DNA of 63,761 nt, the filler included, from Squatina squatina (lineage: Eukaryota), in the NCBI GenBank assembly GCA_031763465.1. It is 4 parts of 3 records of this genome, joined end to end, with 100 filler letters (N's around TTAATTAATTAA, not from the genome) between each part and the next. Parts side by side here need not be neighbours in the genome. Positions count along the whole stretch, not along the records: positions 22,542 to 35,275 come from JARFOE010000115.1; positions 35,376 to 51,597 come from JARFOE010000016.1; 2 more parts are not named here. One strand, 5' to 3'. This document shows, piece by piece, positions 24,978 to 37,400 of this stretch. Both the position numbers and the translations under genes were made by a program. A model generated the notes under the pieces. That model was not told where the DNA came from, searched no databases, and saw only the letters and a list, made by a program, of their open reading frames with translations. Within the stretch, counting starts at the first letter, position 1; every line of letters begins with the position of its first letter.

Positions 24978-25276
24978 TCTTGCTCGCCGCAACACTCCCC
25001 GCTGGAGTGGATCTAATCTACAGGATGAGTGGGAAACTGTTCAATCTCCATCGCCTCCAGTCCAGAACCAAGACCACCCCAACCTCTGTCATCAAGTTGC
25101 AGTATGCAGACAACGCTTGCGTGTGTGCATACTTGGAGGCTGAGCTCCAAACCATCATCAATTCATTCATTGAGGCTTACGAGAGAATGAACCTTACGCT
25201 AAACATCTGAAAGACAAAGGTCCTTTACCAGCCTGCCCCCACCGCACAACATTGCCTCCAACTATCAAGATCCAAG
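24978..25276 (+). mobile_element. RTE-clade LINE reverse transcriptase fragment
   Basis: GVDLIYRMSGKLFNLHRLQSRTK...LQYADNA...AELQ...F.EAY...LTLNI*KTKVLYQP; YADD motif degenerate to YADN; in-frame stop. Confidence 0.9.
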
Positions 25277-26039
25277 NNNNNNNNNNNNNNNNNNNNNNNN
25301 NNNNNNNNNNNNNNNNNNNNNNNNNNNNNNNNNNNNNNNNNNNNNNNNNNNNNNNNNNNNNNNNNNNNNNNNNNNNTGGCGGTGCAGGCTCGAAGGGCCG
25401 AATGGCCTACTCCTGCACCTATTTTTCTATGTTTCTATGTTTCTATGTTTCTACGTTACACTGTTCTGTATTTTCATATAGTAAGTACAGGTCATTTTCA
25501 TAGATTCTTCATTTCCTATTACAAAAACAATACATTGCAATCAGAACCCCAGGCAGGTTATGATTTGTATGTGGAAGGAACTGATCCAAAATAATCACCA
25601 CTGTACTTCATCTTGGTATGTGCTAATTGTATAATAAATGTGGCAGTGCTTCTTAGCTGTTGGCTGTTGCAGAAAACTTGAGACATTATATATCCATGGA
25701 CCACATACCGAGTAAATCAATGTTATTACAAATATTTTGTTTAAACAATTGTGCATTTGCTTTTCATCTGCTGCCAGTCTTTTTTCTTCTTAGTTCCAGC
25801 AGTTGTGTGGATACTGGCAAATGTTGGATATTACATGGCATATGGCCGGCATTTTCAACAGGTCAGATGGTGGTAATGGAGCAGAAAAATAACTAGTCGT
25901 TAATTCATATATTTTTGTGGATAGCAGCAAAAAAAATTAAACAAAGACACACTTACAGAATATGCATCAGTTTTAAAGGAAAAGGGAGCATTCCCAGCAG
26001 CACTGAAAGGGTTAAACTTGAAGCTTGTAAGGAAAGGCA

Positions 26040-26233
26040 TTAAAAAGACTAAACTAAGAGCTCTATATCTGAATGCACATAGTGTCCGTAATAAAACGAA
26101 TGAACTAGTGGCACAAATTGAGATTAATGGGTATGATCTGATAGCCTTAACGGAGGCATGGTTACAAGGAGATCAAAGCTGGGAACTCAATGTTCCAGGA
26201 TTTCTGACTTTTCGGAAGGATAGGCAGGAAGGA
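26040..26233 (+). mobile_element. CR1 ORF2 endonuclease N-terminus
   Basis: LRALYLNAHSVRNKTNELVAQIEINGYDLIALTEAWLQ...FRKDRQEG. Confidence 0.9.
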
Positions 26234-26333
26234 NNNNNNNNNNNNNNNNNNNNNNNNNNNNNNNNNNNNNNNNNNNNNNNNNNNNNNNNNNNNNNNNNNN
26301 NNNNNNNNNNNNNNNNNNNNNNNNNNNNNNNNN

Positions 26334-26770
26334 ACAAACCCAGTTGCGCACTCCTGCTGCTTCTCTCTAGTCATGGGAAATGAGATGTATTGCCTTCTCT
26401 TTCTGCAGAGAGAATCTGTGACATCTCTGATGGCTGGATGAATGGCAAAGTGTGAAATGTTGCTTAAGTCTTCAGTGGCTCCCTGAAATGATCCAGTTGC
26501 GCAGAAGTTTAGTGCGATTGTGACCTTCACTGCTGCTGAGAGAGCTGTCCTTACCCTTGTGTGAGGCTCCAGATCTTGAGCGAGCAGATGGCACAGCTCT
26601 GTTATGATCTCCCTTGAGAAAGGAAGCCTTCTCACACACTGTTCCTCACTTAGGTTCATGTAGGAGAATTGTTGCCAGTTTATCCTGCAGGAGTAAGGCC
26701 TCCTTTGAACACTCAGTGCCCTGGGATCGCCTCCAGCGAATGCTACCCAGGCGCACAGCACCAATGAATT
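26334..26770 (-). pseudogene. Harbinger (HARBI1-like) transposase, N-terminal HTH fragment
   Basis: SYMNLSEEQCVRRL.FSREIITELCHLL...ALSAAVKVTIALNF.ATGSFQ...ISH.AIH.AIRDVTDSL...YISFP; truncated by a gap. Confidence 0.85.
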
Positions 26771-28958
26771 TCAGGCCATTGGTATTATTTTTCCCTCTCT
26801 CCATTTCAGTCTGTAAGAGTGATAGTGGCCAGAGCAAAGCCCTGGAAAAAAAAGGTTGTGCTGGTAATGTTGAAAATTGATCAGTTTTCTCCTTAAGCTT
26901 AATGCATGAGCTATGCTTTGCAGGTACAGGAGACAAAGAACATCTAGATTTCTACAAGTTGAGAATCTTGTTTAAATTTCCAGACTGGACATCACCACCA
27001 TCTCCAGAACCAATATTCCTTACATTTTATTAGAAAGTATTCTTGATATAGTCTTTAAAGAACAGATGGCATGCTACAAAAAGCTTCGACTATGTTGTCC
27101 TGATTACTCAATAAAAGATAAAAGAGAATCCTCAATAAAGGTAACATGATATATTGAGCCCAGGTTCATTCAAGTTACTATTAGTTTCTCTTCAGTGGCC
27201 TGCAACTGATCGGGGGCTTGTCAAATAGCAATTACCTTGTAAAGCTGCTGGAATTCTTTGGTGTTGACCTACATAGACTTTACAATAAAGCAAGTTTGAA
27301 TCAATCACTGCCTGAGAATGTAATTCTTCACAAAACCAAACATTCAATGCAGTCATTTAAAAATTAATCTTATTGACTTTTGCTTATTGAGAAAAACTGT
27401 TCTGGAAAAATATTGATAGTGACTTACAAACTCAATTTTCAAAAGACATTGAAATAAATAACAGCTTACGTATGGGCCTATTTTGAGCCCTGCACTTTTC
27501 ATAAATATCAAATCTTTGTGGGAATAAAAGTCATCAAGATACTNNNNNNNNNNNNNNNNNNNNNNNNNNNNNNNNNNNNNNNNNNNNNNNNNNNNNNNNN
27601 NNNNNNNNNNNNNNNNNNNNNNNNNNNNNNNNNNNNNNNNNNNTCTTAAATAAAAGCTCATTTACTCTGGAGACTGAATTAACCAGATCCTGGTGTGACT
27701 GCACATTATGCATCAGTCTGTGACGCATGCTGCCCCAACTAGGATTCAAAGCCTACATGGGGCACAATGTGTCCTTAATAAAATGCAATGAGACGAATAA
27801 TTCACTGGTGATAGAAAATAGATTCAAAAAATGCAATTCACAAATCAATCTGAAGTAAATGTGCTTCTCTGAAGTTTTGGAACCTGGAAGCAATTCACTG
27901 GATGTTGAACATGCCATTTTCGCACAAAGGAATGAGCAGATTCAATTTACTACATGGAAGAAAGACAATGCCTGCTCAAGCCAAATGAAATGGAGTTCTA
28001 CAAGAGGACTTGCACCACCAATGTGCTGACAGTGCAGCTATTTCTCGAACTGACAGTTTCACAACCTGTTAATAACTTGAAAATGAGGCGAAACAATTGC
28101 TGTCAGTCTTGACACATGGTTAACTCCAAAACACTTGTCTGTGATTTGACTAATAGTCAGATAGTCTGCTAGGTCACAATTATGACATTGTGGGCCTGAT
28201 ACTATATTCACTAATAGTATTCAGGTTTCTTTGACACCAACAATTAATATTTCATGCCATGACACTAATTNNNNNNNNNNNNNNNNNNNNNNNNNNNNNN
28301 NNNNNNNNNNNNNNNNNNNNNNNNNNNNNNNNNNNNNNNNNNNNNNNNNNNNNNNNNNNNNNNNNNNNNNCTGACCTGGTGAATGGGTAGAAAAAGATAT
28401 GAAGCCAAGGCAGGTGGATGGAGTTAAGATATAGATCAGCCATGTTCTCATTGAGTGACGGAACAGGCTCGAGGGGCTGAATGGCCTACTCCTGTTCCTC
28501 TGTTCCTTAAAGCTACATTCTATAAATTGTATTGCATTATGTCTTTTTGCTTTCTACATAAATGTTGCATTCATGTGTAAGACCACCAAACTGATAAAGA
28601 ATTAACAAGAAATCAAAAAGCAGAAAATCCCAATTAATTTGGTCTGTTTGTGTTGGATGTTAGGTATATATATATTGAGGAAGCAGGCTCACCATTAGCC
28701 CTCATCAATCAAGCTGATTAACTCAGATGGAGCCCTTGATAATGCAACCAGGATTAACTATTTAAATATGAAAATTCAAAAAATGAATGGAAATTTATAA
28801 ACAGAAAGGATGTAGTCATAATTATTTGTGGCTGATATTTTTTGAAGTGGCTTGTGATGGTGAGACACTTGGAGAATGAAAAAAATGTTTTCTATCTTTC
28901 CTTTCCTGTTTTTACCCATGTTTTCAATGCGTTCTTTTATTCTATCTTTCTCACTCAG

Positions 28959-28976
28959 CCAAGAGACGATGTAACA
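28959..28976 (+). CDS. Candidate 18-nt microexon of an unidentified gene
   Basis: About 70-nt pyrimidine-rich tract ending TCTTTCTCACTCAG, then CCAAGAGACGATGTAACA, then consensus GTGAGT; encodes PRDDVT (phase 0) or xKRRCNx (phase 1). Confidence 0.6.
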
Positions 28977-29936
28977 GTGAGTATTTTATTTAGTTTCTGA
29001 GTGGAAAGATGCAGCCAGATTTGATTGTCCAGTGAGATTCATGCACCGTCTAACACATCAACTTTCACATATAACTATCTCCAAAACCAAGCAAGTGGAA
29101 TAAGTTTTTGTATCTCACAGTTCCACACTAGGTACTGCATCTCTATAACAGAACATTCATGCAATGAAACATTACAATTACATCAGATAAATGTGCAACA
29201 AAGCATCACTCAATCTGTACTCTCACTCGCTGTATAAACCCTGATAACTATTTCCCTTATTACGGAAAAAATACAGACCGCAGATTGATATAATTTTGTA
29301 CTTTGAAAAAAATGTTGCGATTCCTACTGCAAAATATAGAAATTCCTGAAATTTTCAAGTTGGAAATTAATAAAATCTATCAATATTTCTATTAAGTGTG
29401 ATACTGAGTTGCATATTCACTGTAGGAAAACTGATATAAAAATTATGCAGGAGCTGATTTTTTTCAAAAGCAGATCTGCCGTATATCATAGGAAGAGAAT
29501 TTGTCGACAGCTGACAATAAATTGCAAACACCTTCAGTTAAGAATAAACAATAGACATTTCTGTCTCTGGTCTGGAGTTATTGTTCATAGTTGAAAGCTA
29601 ACCTTATGCAGTTCTAGTCATTGGGTTGCCTGCACAGCACATAGTTCATAACAGTAAGTGTTCTTTTCCTAATAGAGAATGATTTTCTTTTACCAGTCTA
29701 AAATTATTCATATTGTTAGCTGCTACTTTTGTTCCCCAGTGGCTTTATGTGTAGAAATGTACCTTGCTACACAGACTAGCAGGCTCACAGGTTTAATTCT
29801 GAATTAGTGAGGAGCAAGATAGGATAGCTCCGCCTCTAATTTTAAATATTAGAAGAGTAGCACATCTCATTAAGACGATTGGCTTTCATTCGCTTGGAGG
29901 ATGGAGCTTACCGGTTGGCAGCTTGTTTGTTTGCAG

Positions 29937-30060
29937 TTTCAGTTCAATTGGCCAGAGATACGATCCATCAGTCACCACAGATCCGCAGAGCTCAGAAACT
30001 TGAAACTGGTGATAAGAATCTGCGCACTCGTACTGCTAACTTTCTCAATGCACAGGCGAA
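29937..30060 (+). CDS. Candidate internal exon, gene unidentified
   Basis: TTGTTTGTTTGCAG acceptor (alternative TTTCAG gives start 29943) and GAA|GTGAGT donor; two frames open. Confidence 0.3.
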
Positions 30061-30289
30061 GTGAGTCTCACCAATGCTTCATGCAAATCAGTGTCTATGA
30101 AGTAACTTATGGTCTCTGCTGAACGTGTTGATCACAACTGGAGCACGTTCATTGTGTAAGTGCAGTAACCCATAACTCAGTCATGNNNNNNNNNNNNNNN
30201 NNNNNNNNNNNNNNNNNNNNNNNNNNNNNNNNNNNNNNNNNNNNNNNNNNNNNNNNNNNNNNNNNNNNNNNNNNNNNNNNNNNNNATAT

Positions 30290-32470
30290 AAACGTAAACT
30301 AATCACCTTTGTGCATTCCCTCAGTGCCTGCCTTCCATGTGCCTTTGCCTGTCCTAGTGTTCCTACCTAGTGCCACCCCACTGGCTGCAGCATGACTGGT
30401 GGAAGGCTCCTGACTTTCAGAGGGGGAGACTGCAGATGGCTTTGAAGGAAAATCTGAGCTGTTCTGGGCCTAGAATGCCCGGCTGCAGACTGCACTATCT
30501 CAGCGTGGGCAGCAGTAGTCTGGGTTGGCTGACTGAAAGGCAACAGAAAGTGCACTGGCAGAGTGGCAGTGGTGGAAGGATGAATGCTGTGATCCTGAGA
30601 GAGGACAGCAGGCTTGTGTTCCACAGAGGCACTGCCACTCCCCCAGGGCTGCACCTCAGCAATTCTAGTAATCTGTTGAAGGACAGATTGCTGGACTGCT
30701 GTGGCACCCTGCAAGCCTCTTTGAACACTGCTATCAGTAGCCATGTTGGCAGCAGCCCTTGCTTGCACGGCAGCAGTCTGAGCTTCCAGTACAGCACCCA
30801 GATGTTGGGTGGTTGCTGCTTGTGCTGCAATGGAAGCTGAGACATCAGCCATCAGACCACCATGGGTCCACAAGTGTGCTAATGGAGTTGACCACCACTT
30901 CCATGCTGGAAAGGATGGGCTCCATGCTCTGCGCAAAGCCCTGTGGCAAGTTGGTGTCAGACCTCCATGCTCCTTGCCATTGTTCCCAGGCTTTCTGGCA
31001 GGCTTGTCAATACACCAAGCTTTTCATTGTGCATAGCCATCAGCCTTTTCCTGTAGTCAGCCCTATGAAGTGCTCATCTGAGTCCTCTGCAGCAGAACCC
31101 ATGTGCGACCTCACCCTCCCACGAGCTGGCACCTGCACAACCTTTGCCCTCTGCCCTGGCTGCAGGCCACTTGTCTCACCACATGCAGATCCTGCCTCTA
31201 TGCTACCCTCTAAATTATGCACAGTTTCAGTATCTGAGTTGGTGGCTGCGGCTGTGAAATTGAGTGATGGTGTTGCTTCATCACCAGTGTCTTGTTGCTC
31301 TTTCACCACTGCCTGGCCAGGTTGCAATTCTTGGGTATCTGAAAGGAGAAAGGCACAAGGATAAGGTTGTGGTGAGGGGAGGGGGGAAAAGCAAGAGGTT
31401 CATGCTTACACCATCTGCAGCTTGTACATCAGATGAGATTGTGGGATGAGGGTGAATTGGGATGTGAGAAGAAGGATTAGGTATGAGGATACTACATCTT
31501 CTATGGTTTCAGCCCCGGCGCCGGCCACGACCTCAGTAATGGCCACTCCAATGATGGCGAGCACCGTCTCCTCCAAAGGGGTAAGGACATGCAGGCATGC
31601 CAGTCCCCTGCTGGTTAGCTCCTGCTGCATCCTGTGGTGTACCACCTTGTCTTGCAAGAGAGAGGGAAGTGTGTCAGTGAATGCAATCTGTTTGGGTGAT
31701 GTGGTTGTCATGGTGTGTGCAAGCTGTGAGATGTAGGTGGGAGGCTTGCAGCAGTGCTGAGTATGTGAGGGTGAGGTGCAGCTATGCATATTAGGTATGA
31801 GTCCTGATTGATAGAGATTGTTGGTCTGTGAGTGATCGGGGTGTAATATATTGAGCAGTGTCTGAGGTTAGTAGTGCAGTTAGCAGGATATTTGAAGATG
31901 AATTCACAGACCTTGACCACTCATGTGAGGTCATTGAACTTTTGGCTTCCAGGTCCTCGGGGCTTGACTCCTGGCATTGACTGCCACAGCTATCTGGTCC
32001 CACTGCCTTCAGATCAGTGGCCTGGAGGGCCTCCTGGGCCCCTGCGGATACAGCACTTCTCTCCTCCTTTCCACCTCCTCCACCAAGGCCTGTAGTGCAG
32101 CATCCGAGAACCTTGGAGCAAGCTCTCTCTCATGTTGCGCCATTTTTCAGTCCCTTTCCATGTCAGAGTGACCTGTACAAGGACGTTCACCACCTGCTCC
32201 AGCCACAATGAGCCACCCCTTTAAGAGGTGCAGGATGGCTTTAAGTAGTGCAAGCTAGCTTTAATTTGTGCTAGCCTCTCATAATTTTGGACCCCCTGCT
32301 GAGGCGTGCACCCACTCAATAGCATGGTTAGCACTGGCTGCACGCTACTCATCAAATTGAGCAAGTAGCATGAGATTGGCATGCTGCCTGCATCACATTG
32401 AATGGGCACGGAGTAATTGCGCATCATGAGCCCTTTGCTCGTTTCTGGGGCTATTCAATTTAGCCCACTT
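30290..32470 (-). mobile_element. Harbinger transposon portion carrying the Myb/SANT-like second gene
   Basis: Decayed three-exon Myb/SANT-like gene plus CAATTTAGCCC-type terminus at ~32466. Confidence 0.75.
31912..32143 (-). pseudogene. Myb/SANT-like DNA-binding (NAIF1/MSANTD-type) exon 1, disrupted
   Basis: MAQHERELAPRFSDAALQALVEEVERRREVLYP...*RQWDQIAVAVNARSQAPRTW/KFNDLT*VVK then GT donor; stops and one frameshift; exon 2 at ~31490-31651 (LHVLTPLEETVLAIIG), exon 3 from 31338 (TTCAG acceptor) to ~30370. Confidence 0.85.
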
Positions 32471-34444
32471 TGTTTTTAAGCCTTAACCTGTCAACCAGGT
32501 AATTACTTCAACTTGCTAAAATCATCAGCAGTGTGCCCATTTCACCCCCCCAAAAATGTGTGCATTGCATCCCAATTTCTACTCCCAGTAAATCGTTTTG
32601 CCATTATTTTTCTGAGGGAGGTTATGTTGTTAAGGTACACTATTCATTTGCTGTAATTTCTAATGTGGCACATTTGAAAGTCTCACAAATTTGTCTGGTG
32701 TTAAAACATTACAATTTAATTTTGTTGAAACATACTGAAAATACAATAGAGTTACAAAATGGGTCATGGTGTGAACTGAATGCAATTAGAAGTAGATTAA
32801 TCGGTCACTATTTAATTAATGATGATGCCGGCGAATCATTTAGTATGACATTGTAAATGCCATCAGATTCATTGGAACTAAAACCACCTGTCACTGTCTG
32901 TATCAACTGCATCCATCCTCAATCTTTCAGTAAATTGAAGATAAAAGGCTTTGTGTAAATGGATTGAAATCTGCAGTAAACCTATCGAAATGAAAACATA
33001 AACGATGCACTGTGGGTATAAATGTGCCGTGGCTTTTCCAGCTCTAGCTTCACCTGCTAATGCAATAATGCCTTCTTTTAGTAGCCCTCAATGTCATTGC
33101 ACAAAGCATCTGGATGATAATACCAGATCCATCTACATAATTTACAATATTCTAGCAGTGAGCTTGCATCGCACTACAGGTCTACATGAAATTGTAACTG
33201 GCAGTCTTTTGAATTTATTTCTCAAGTATCAGAAGCACATTTCTATTCCCTCCAAAACAATTAAGTAAATGTGATACATTAATTAAACTGCAGTACTGCA
33301 ATAACCNNNNNNNNNNNNNNNNNNNNNNNNNNNNNNNNNNNNNNNNNNNNNNNNNNNNNNNNNNNNNNNNNNNNNNNNNNNNNNNNNNNNNNNNNNNNNN
33401 NNNNNNATAACCACAAAGTGAGTCAAAGGCAGTTACAGGAAGACTTCTACTTGATGAATACATTTTCATTTATTTAGCACATAGGAGAATAAAGACAGCC
33501 ATAATTGGCCACATGCTGTTTAATCATCTGCATGCTTAGTTGTTTTTAAACAGAGAAGCTAATTACCGGCAGTGCATAGAAAAGTGGCTAAATAAACAAT
33601 GATAACCAACCAATGTGCCCTGATGGCTGACAGTATGAAAACAAATGAGGGGTACTAGAAAAGGCACAGGCCTGTGTTGCTGTCAGGAAGGAGCCCCTGC
33701 AGCAAGTCAGTTCACCATGGGAACAGTTATGTGTCACACTGCTTGCATTGCTGGCCCCATATGTCTGCCCTTACTCAATACCAATAGAAGATCTCAGTCA
33801 GCTTAACATGGTTGAGACAAATAGAGGAGTTTGGGAAATAAAATTAGTGCTTTCCTTCAGAATTGACAGGGATGACATTCCAGAAACTTTAATTCCCTTT
33901 AATATTTCTGTTATTTCTATAGCTTACAGATCATAAATGCCAGATATCATATTCTTATTCTCCATATAAAAGAAACTTGCTTCCTGTAGAGTACTTTGAA
34001 AATAGCATAAACCAGATGGTGAATTTGATATAATTTGTCAATAAACATAATTGTGTGTGAATCAGGAGCTACATCTAANNNNNNNNNNNNNNNNNNNNNN
34101 NNNNNNNNNNNNNNNNNNNNNNNNNNNNNNNNNNNNNNNNNNNNNNNNNNNNNNNNNNNNNNNNNNNNNNNNNNNNNNTTGTGATTTGCAATATGCAAAT
34201 ATATTTCTTGAGAGATTTGAAAGACAAAAAAATCACCAAGAAAATCCACACAAAATCCACCAGCATCTGGTATAGAGATCAACAAAGCATTTAATTCCAT
34301 CATTATGTACTTTAACAAAGGTTTCTCTATATCCAACACACCATGCCCTCCTCGGGTCATAGTGTTCACACCAAACAGGCTCGAGTGAAAAAACAGAGAA
34401 ACAAATAGAGAGAAACACAGAGGGTGTATCATTCTGTCTTTCAG

Positions 34445-34517
34445 TTGCTCTGAGACAGAGCCGAGATTAACCAAAGAATAAGAGGCGTCTGATGCTCATT
34501 TAATGTGCGCCTCCACT
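34445..34517 (+). other. Candidate 73-nt exon with stop codons in all three frames
   Basis: TTCTGTCTTTCAG acceptor and ACT|GTGAGT donor; frames read CSETEPRLTKE*, ALRQSRD*, LL*. Confidence 0.4.
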
Positions 34518-35275
34518 GTGAGTAATAAATAGATTGTGTTCTGTGCAGCACCGCTGTGCCACCGGAAGTCTTGTGAAATAATGCAGTGCTCTACAGTATA
34601 ATATATCGTGTGGCAGTTACAATTTTTTCTTAAAAATCAATGCAATGAGGATTATGCTTACATAAGGTAACTGATTTATATGATAATTTAAATTCATATC
34701 AATTTTTCCCCCTATCAACGCCTAGATTAAACATTTTGGAAGCAGAATTTTACTATACTGAAGTGTGTTCTAGCTTATGCTATGAATTTTTGAATAGCTA
34801 TTTTAAGTTCTGCTATAAATTGGAGAAGCGAGTGCAGTGATACCCAGTAGCACAACTCAGCAAACAGAAATATGTATTTACACACATTGTTTAGAGAGAG
34901 AAGCAGGCAAAAAGAACGAGATTACTTTGCATTTGTGGACTTTTCCCCATTGGAAATTTTTCGCAAACCATGCCAGCAAACAATTATTTCCCTGATAATA
35001 CTCTAATACTAGTTAAATATAAATCAGCAAGTTACTTTGTGGAATTAATTCAAATTCCTTTAAGGAGTGTTGGACCATTCATACCAGAGTGTTTAATAGT
35101 ACTTTTTTGAGTATATGAATGCTATATTTATGAAGAACTTGAACCATACCTGAGTTCTATAATAAGTCTCAACATAACAGTTTTATTGCTTCAACATCCA
35201 TCCCCAAGTGTTCTATTATTATTTTTAAAGTTCTATTGCAGTATTTTGCAGCTCTGTTTTATATCAATCAACATG

Positions 35276-35375
35276 NNNNNNNNNNNNNNNNNNNNNNNNN
35301 NNNNNNNNNNNNNNNNNNNTTAATTAATTAANNNNNNNNNNNNNNNNNNNNNNNNNNNNNNNNNNNNNNNNNNNN
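35276..35375. other. Artificial scaffold-joining spacer
   Basis: 44 N + TTAATTAATTAA (35320-35331) + 44 N. Confidence 0.95.
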
Positions 35376-36356
35376 CTTTTGACCAATGAACTGGGTCAGC
35401 TGATTCAGCTGTGAGTATTCAAGTGGGTGCCCCGACATGGCCTCCAGGCAGCTGTCAGCGCCCCCAAAAGTGCCACACCTGCTCAAAATGAAAACATAAC
35501 CAAAATTCCCAACCCTATGAAGCTATGGTCATAGGGCGCTGTTTCTAACGTGGCACTACCCAATTTTGGCCCCTAAATGTCTATTTCTTGCAATTAGCCA
35601 TTCATAACTGATAACGTGCAAGGGTCTCAAACATGATGAACTGTGTGCACATGGTGAACAAACCGATACATTTCACAAGATTGGAACACTAAACACACAT
35701 CACACAAAACAATATTGTCCCGAGATGTGTAGTGTGGTATTGTTATTGCATTTTTATAGTTTTCATTCAAATTGTCCAAATTCTATTGTTAACCCTACTG
35801 TGTGGAGATACTGTGAGCAGCAACTGGACGATTGTTCTGAAACTAGCAATATATCTCTTACGCTCAGACAGCTAAGTTGACAACTTTTGTCTGAAATTGT
35901 AGAAGATAACTGGGATTGTAACATTTCTGTTGGTTTTATTACTTGAGGTGTAATGCAAATGGTTTAAATTCTGTTTGTTTCCCTCAGACATTTGAAAGGC
36001 ATTGCCTGTATGAAGCTCTAATCCCCTTTTACCAAAGCGCATGTGCCTTCGTTGGAAAGCATTGGTAATAATACACTGTGAGTTAGGTCATTCACAGTGC
36101 TGAATAAATATCATGCACAACTTTTGATGTCTTTGAATGTAGAGCACCGCCTATCCATCCAGGAAATAGAACATCTTTGTCTGAGCATAACAGATGTTTA
36201 TTGATGCTAAAGCTTTACCTGAACTTGACCATCTTATTGGGACAGTGCAGATGGGGCTTTTTTGTGTATGCAAGATATGGCAGAGCAGTGTATTGGTGTT
36301 GAACCTCTGTATCTAAACTTGCATTATATCTGCCATCTAAATATATGATCGGGCAG

Positions 36357-37230
36357 CGAGAGGGAGTTTTACTCTGTATCCAACCCGTGCTGTACCTGCC
36401 GTGAGAGTGCTTGATTTGCTATTGCAAGTGGCACTTTACTCTGCCTCTAAATTGTGCTCTGCCTGTTCTGATAATTATTGATGGGAGAGAGCAGGGGAGC
36501 CTTCCTGTGTATCTGACCCGTTCTGTACCTGTCCTGATAATTATTGATCGGACAGTGCAGGGGAGCTTTCCTGTGTGTCTGACCCGTTCTGTACCTGCGC
36601 TGATAATTATTGATGGGACATAGCAGGGGATCTTTCCTGTGTGTCTGACCCGTTCTGTACCTGTCCTGATAATTATTGATGGGACATAGCAGGGGATCTT
36701 TCCTGTGCGTCTGACCCGTTCTGTACCTGTCCTGATAATTATTGACCGGACAGTGCAGGGGATCTTTCCTGTGTGTCTGACCCGTTCTGTACCTGCCCTG
36801 GGAGTGCTTGATTGGACATAGCAGGGGAGCTTTCCTGTGTGTCTGACCCGTTCTGTACCTGCCCTGATAATTATTGATCGGACATAGCAGGGGAGCTTTC
36901 CTGTGTGTCTGTCCCGTTCTGCACCTGCTCTGATAATTATTGATCGGACAGTTCAGGGGAGCTTTCTAGTGTGTCTGACCCATTCTGTACCTGCCCTGAT
37001 AATTATTGATCGGACAGTTCAGGGGAGCTTTCCTGTGTGCCTGAGCCGTTCTGTACCTGCCCTGGGAGTGTTTGTTGGAACAGAGCAGGGGAGCTTTCCT
37101 GTGTGCCTGACCCGTTCTGTACCTGTTCTGATAATTATTGAACGAACAGTGCAGTGGAGCTTTCCTGTGTGTCTGACCCGTTCTGTACCTGCCCTGATAA
37201 TTATTGATCGGACAGTGCAGGGGAGCTTTC
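36357..37230. repeat. 66-bp tandem repeat, about 13 copies
   Basis: Unit GGGAGCTTTCCTGTGTGTCTGACCCGTTCTGTACCTGCCCTGATAATTATTGATCGGACAGTGCAG; starts at 36561, 36627, 36693 give a period of 66; 22-aa period in the ORF track. Confidence 0.95.
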
Positions 37231-37400
37231 TTAGCTTCACCCAAACCGATTCCACATCAAGAACCACCGAGCCAAGATCCTTTCTCACTATTGTACTGAC
37301 NNNNNNNNNNNNNNNNNNNNNNNNNNNNNNNNNNNNNNNNNNNNNNNNNNNNNNNNNNNNNNNNNNNNNNNNNNNNNNNNNNNNNNNNNNNNNNNNNNNN

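Noticed and set aside
36357-37230. CRISPR-like array or 22-aa repeat protein
   Set aside because: Units are contiguous with no unique spacers, there are no cas genes and the context is vertebrate; ORFs arise only because 66 is divisible by 3, and several units contain TAG.
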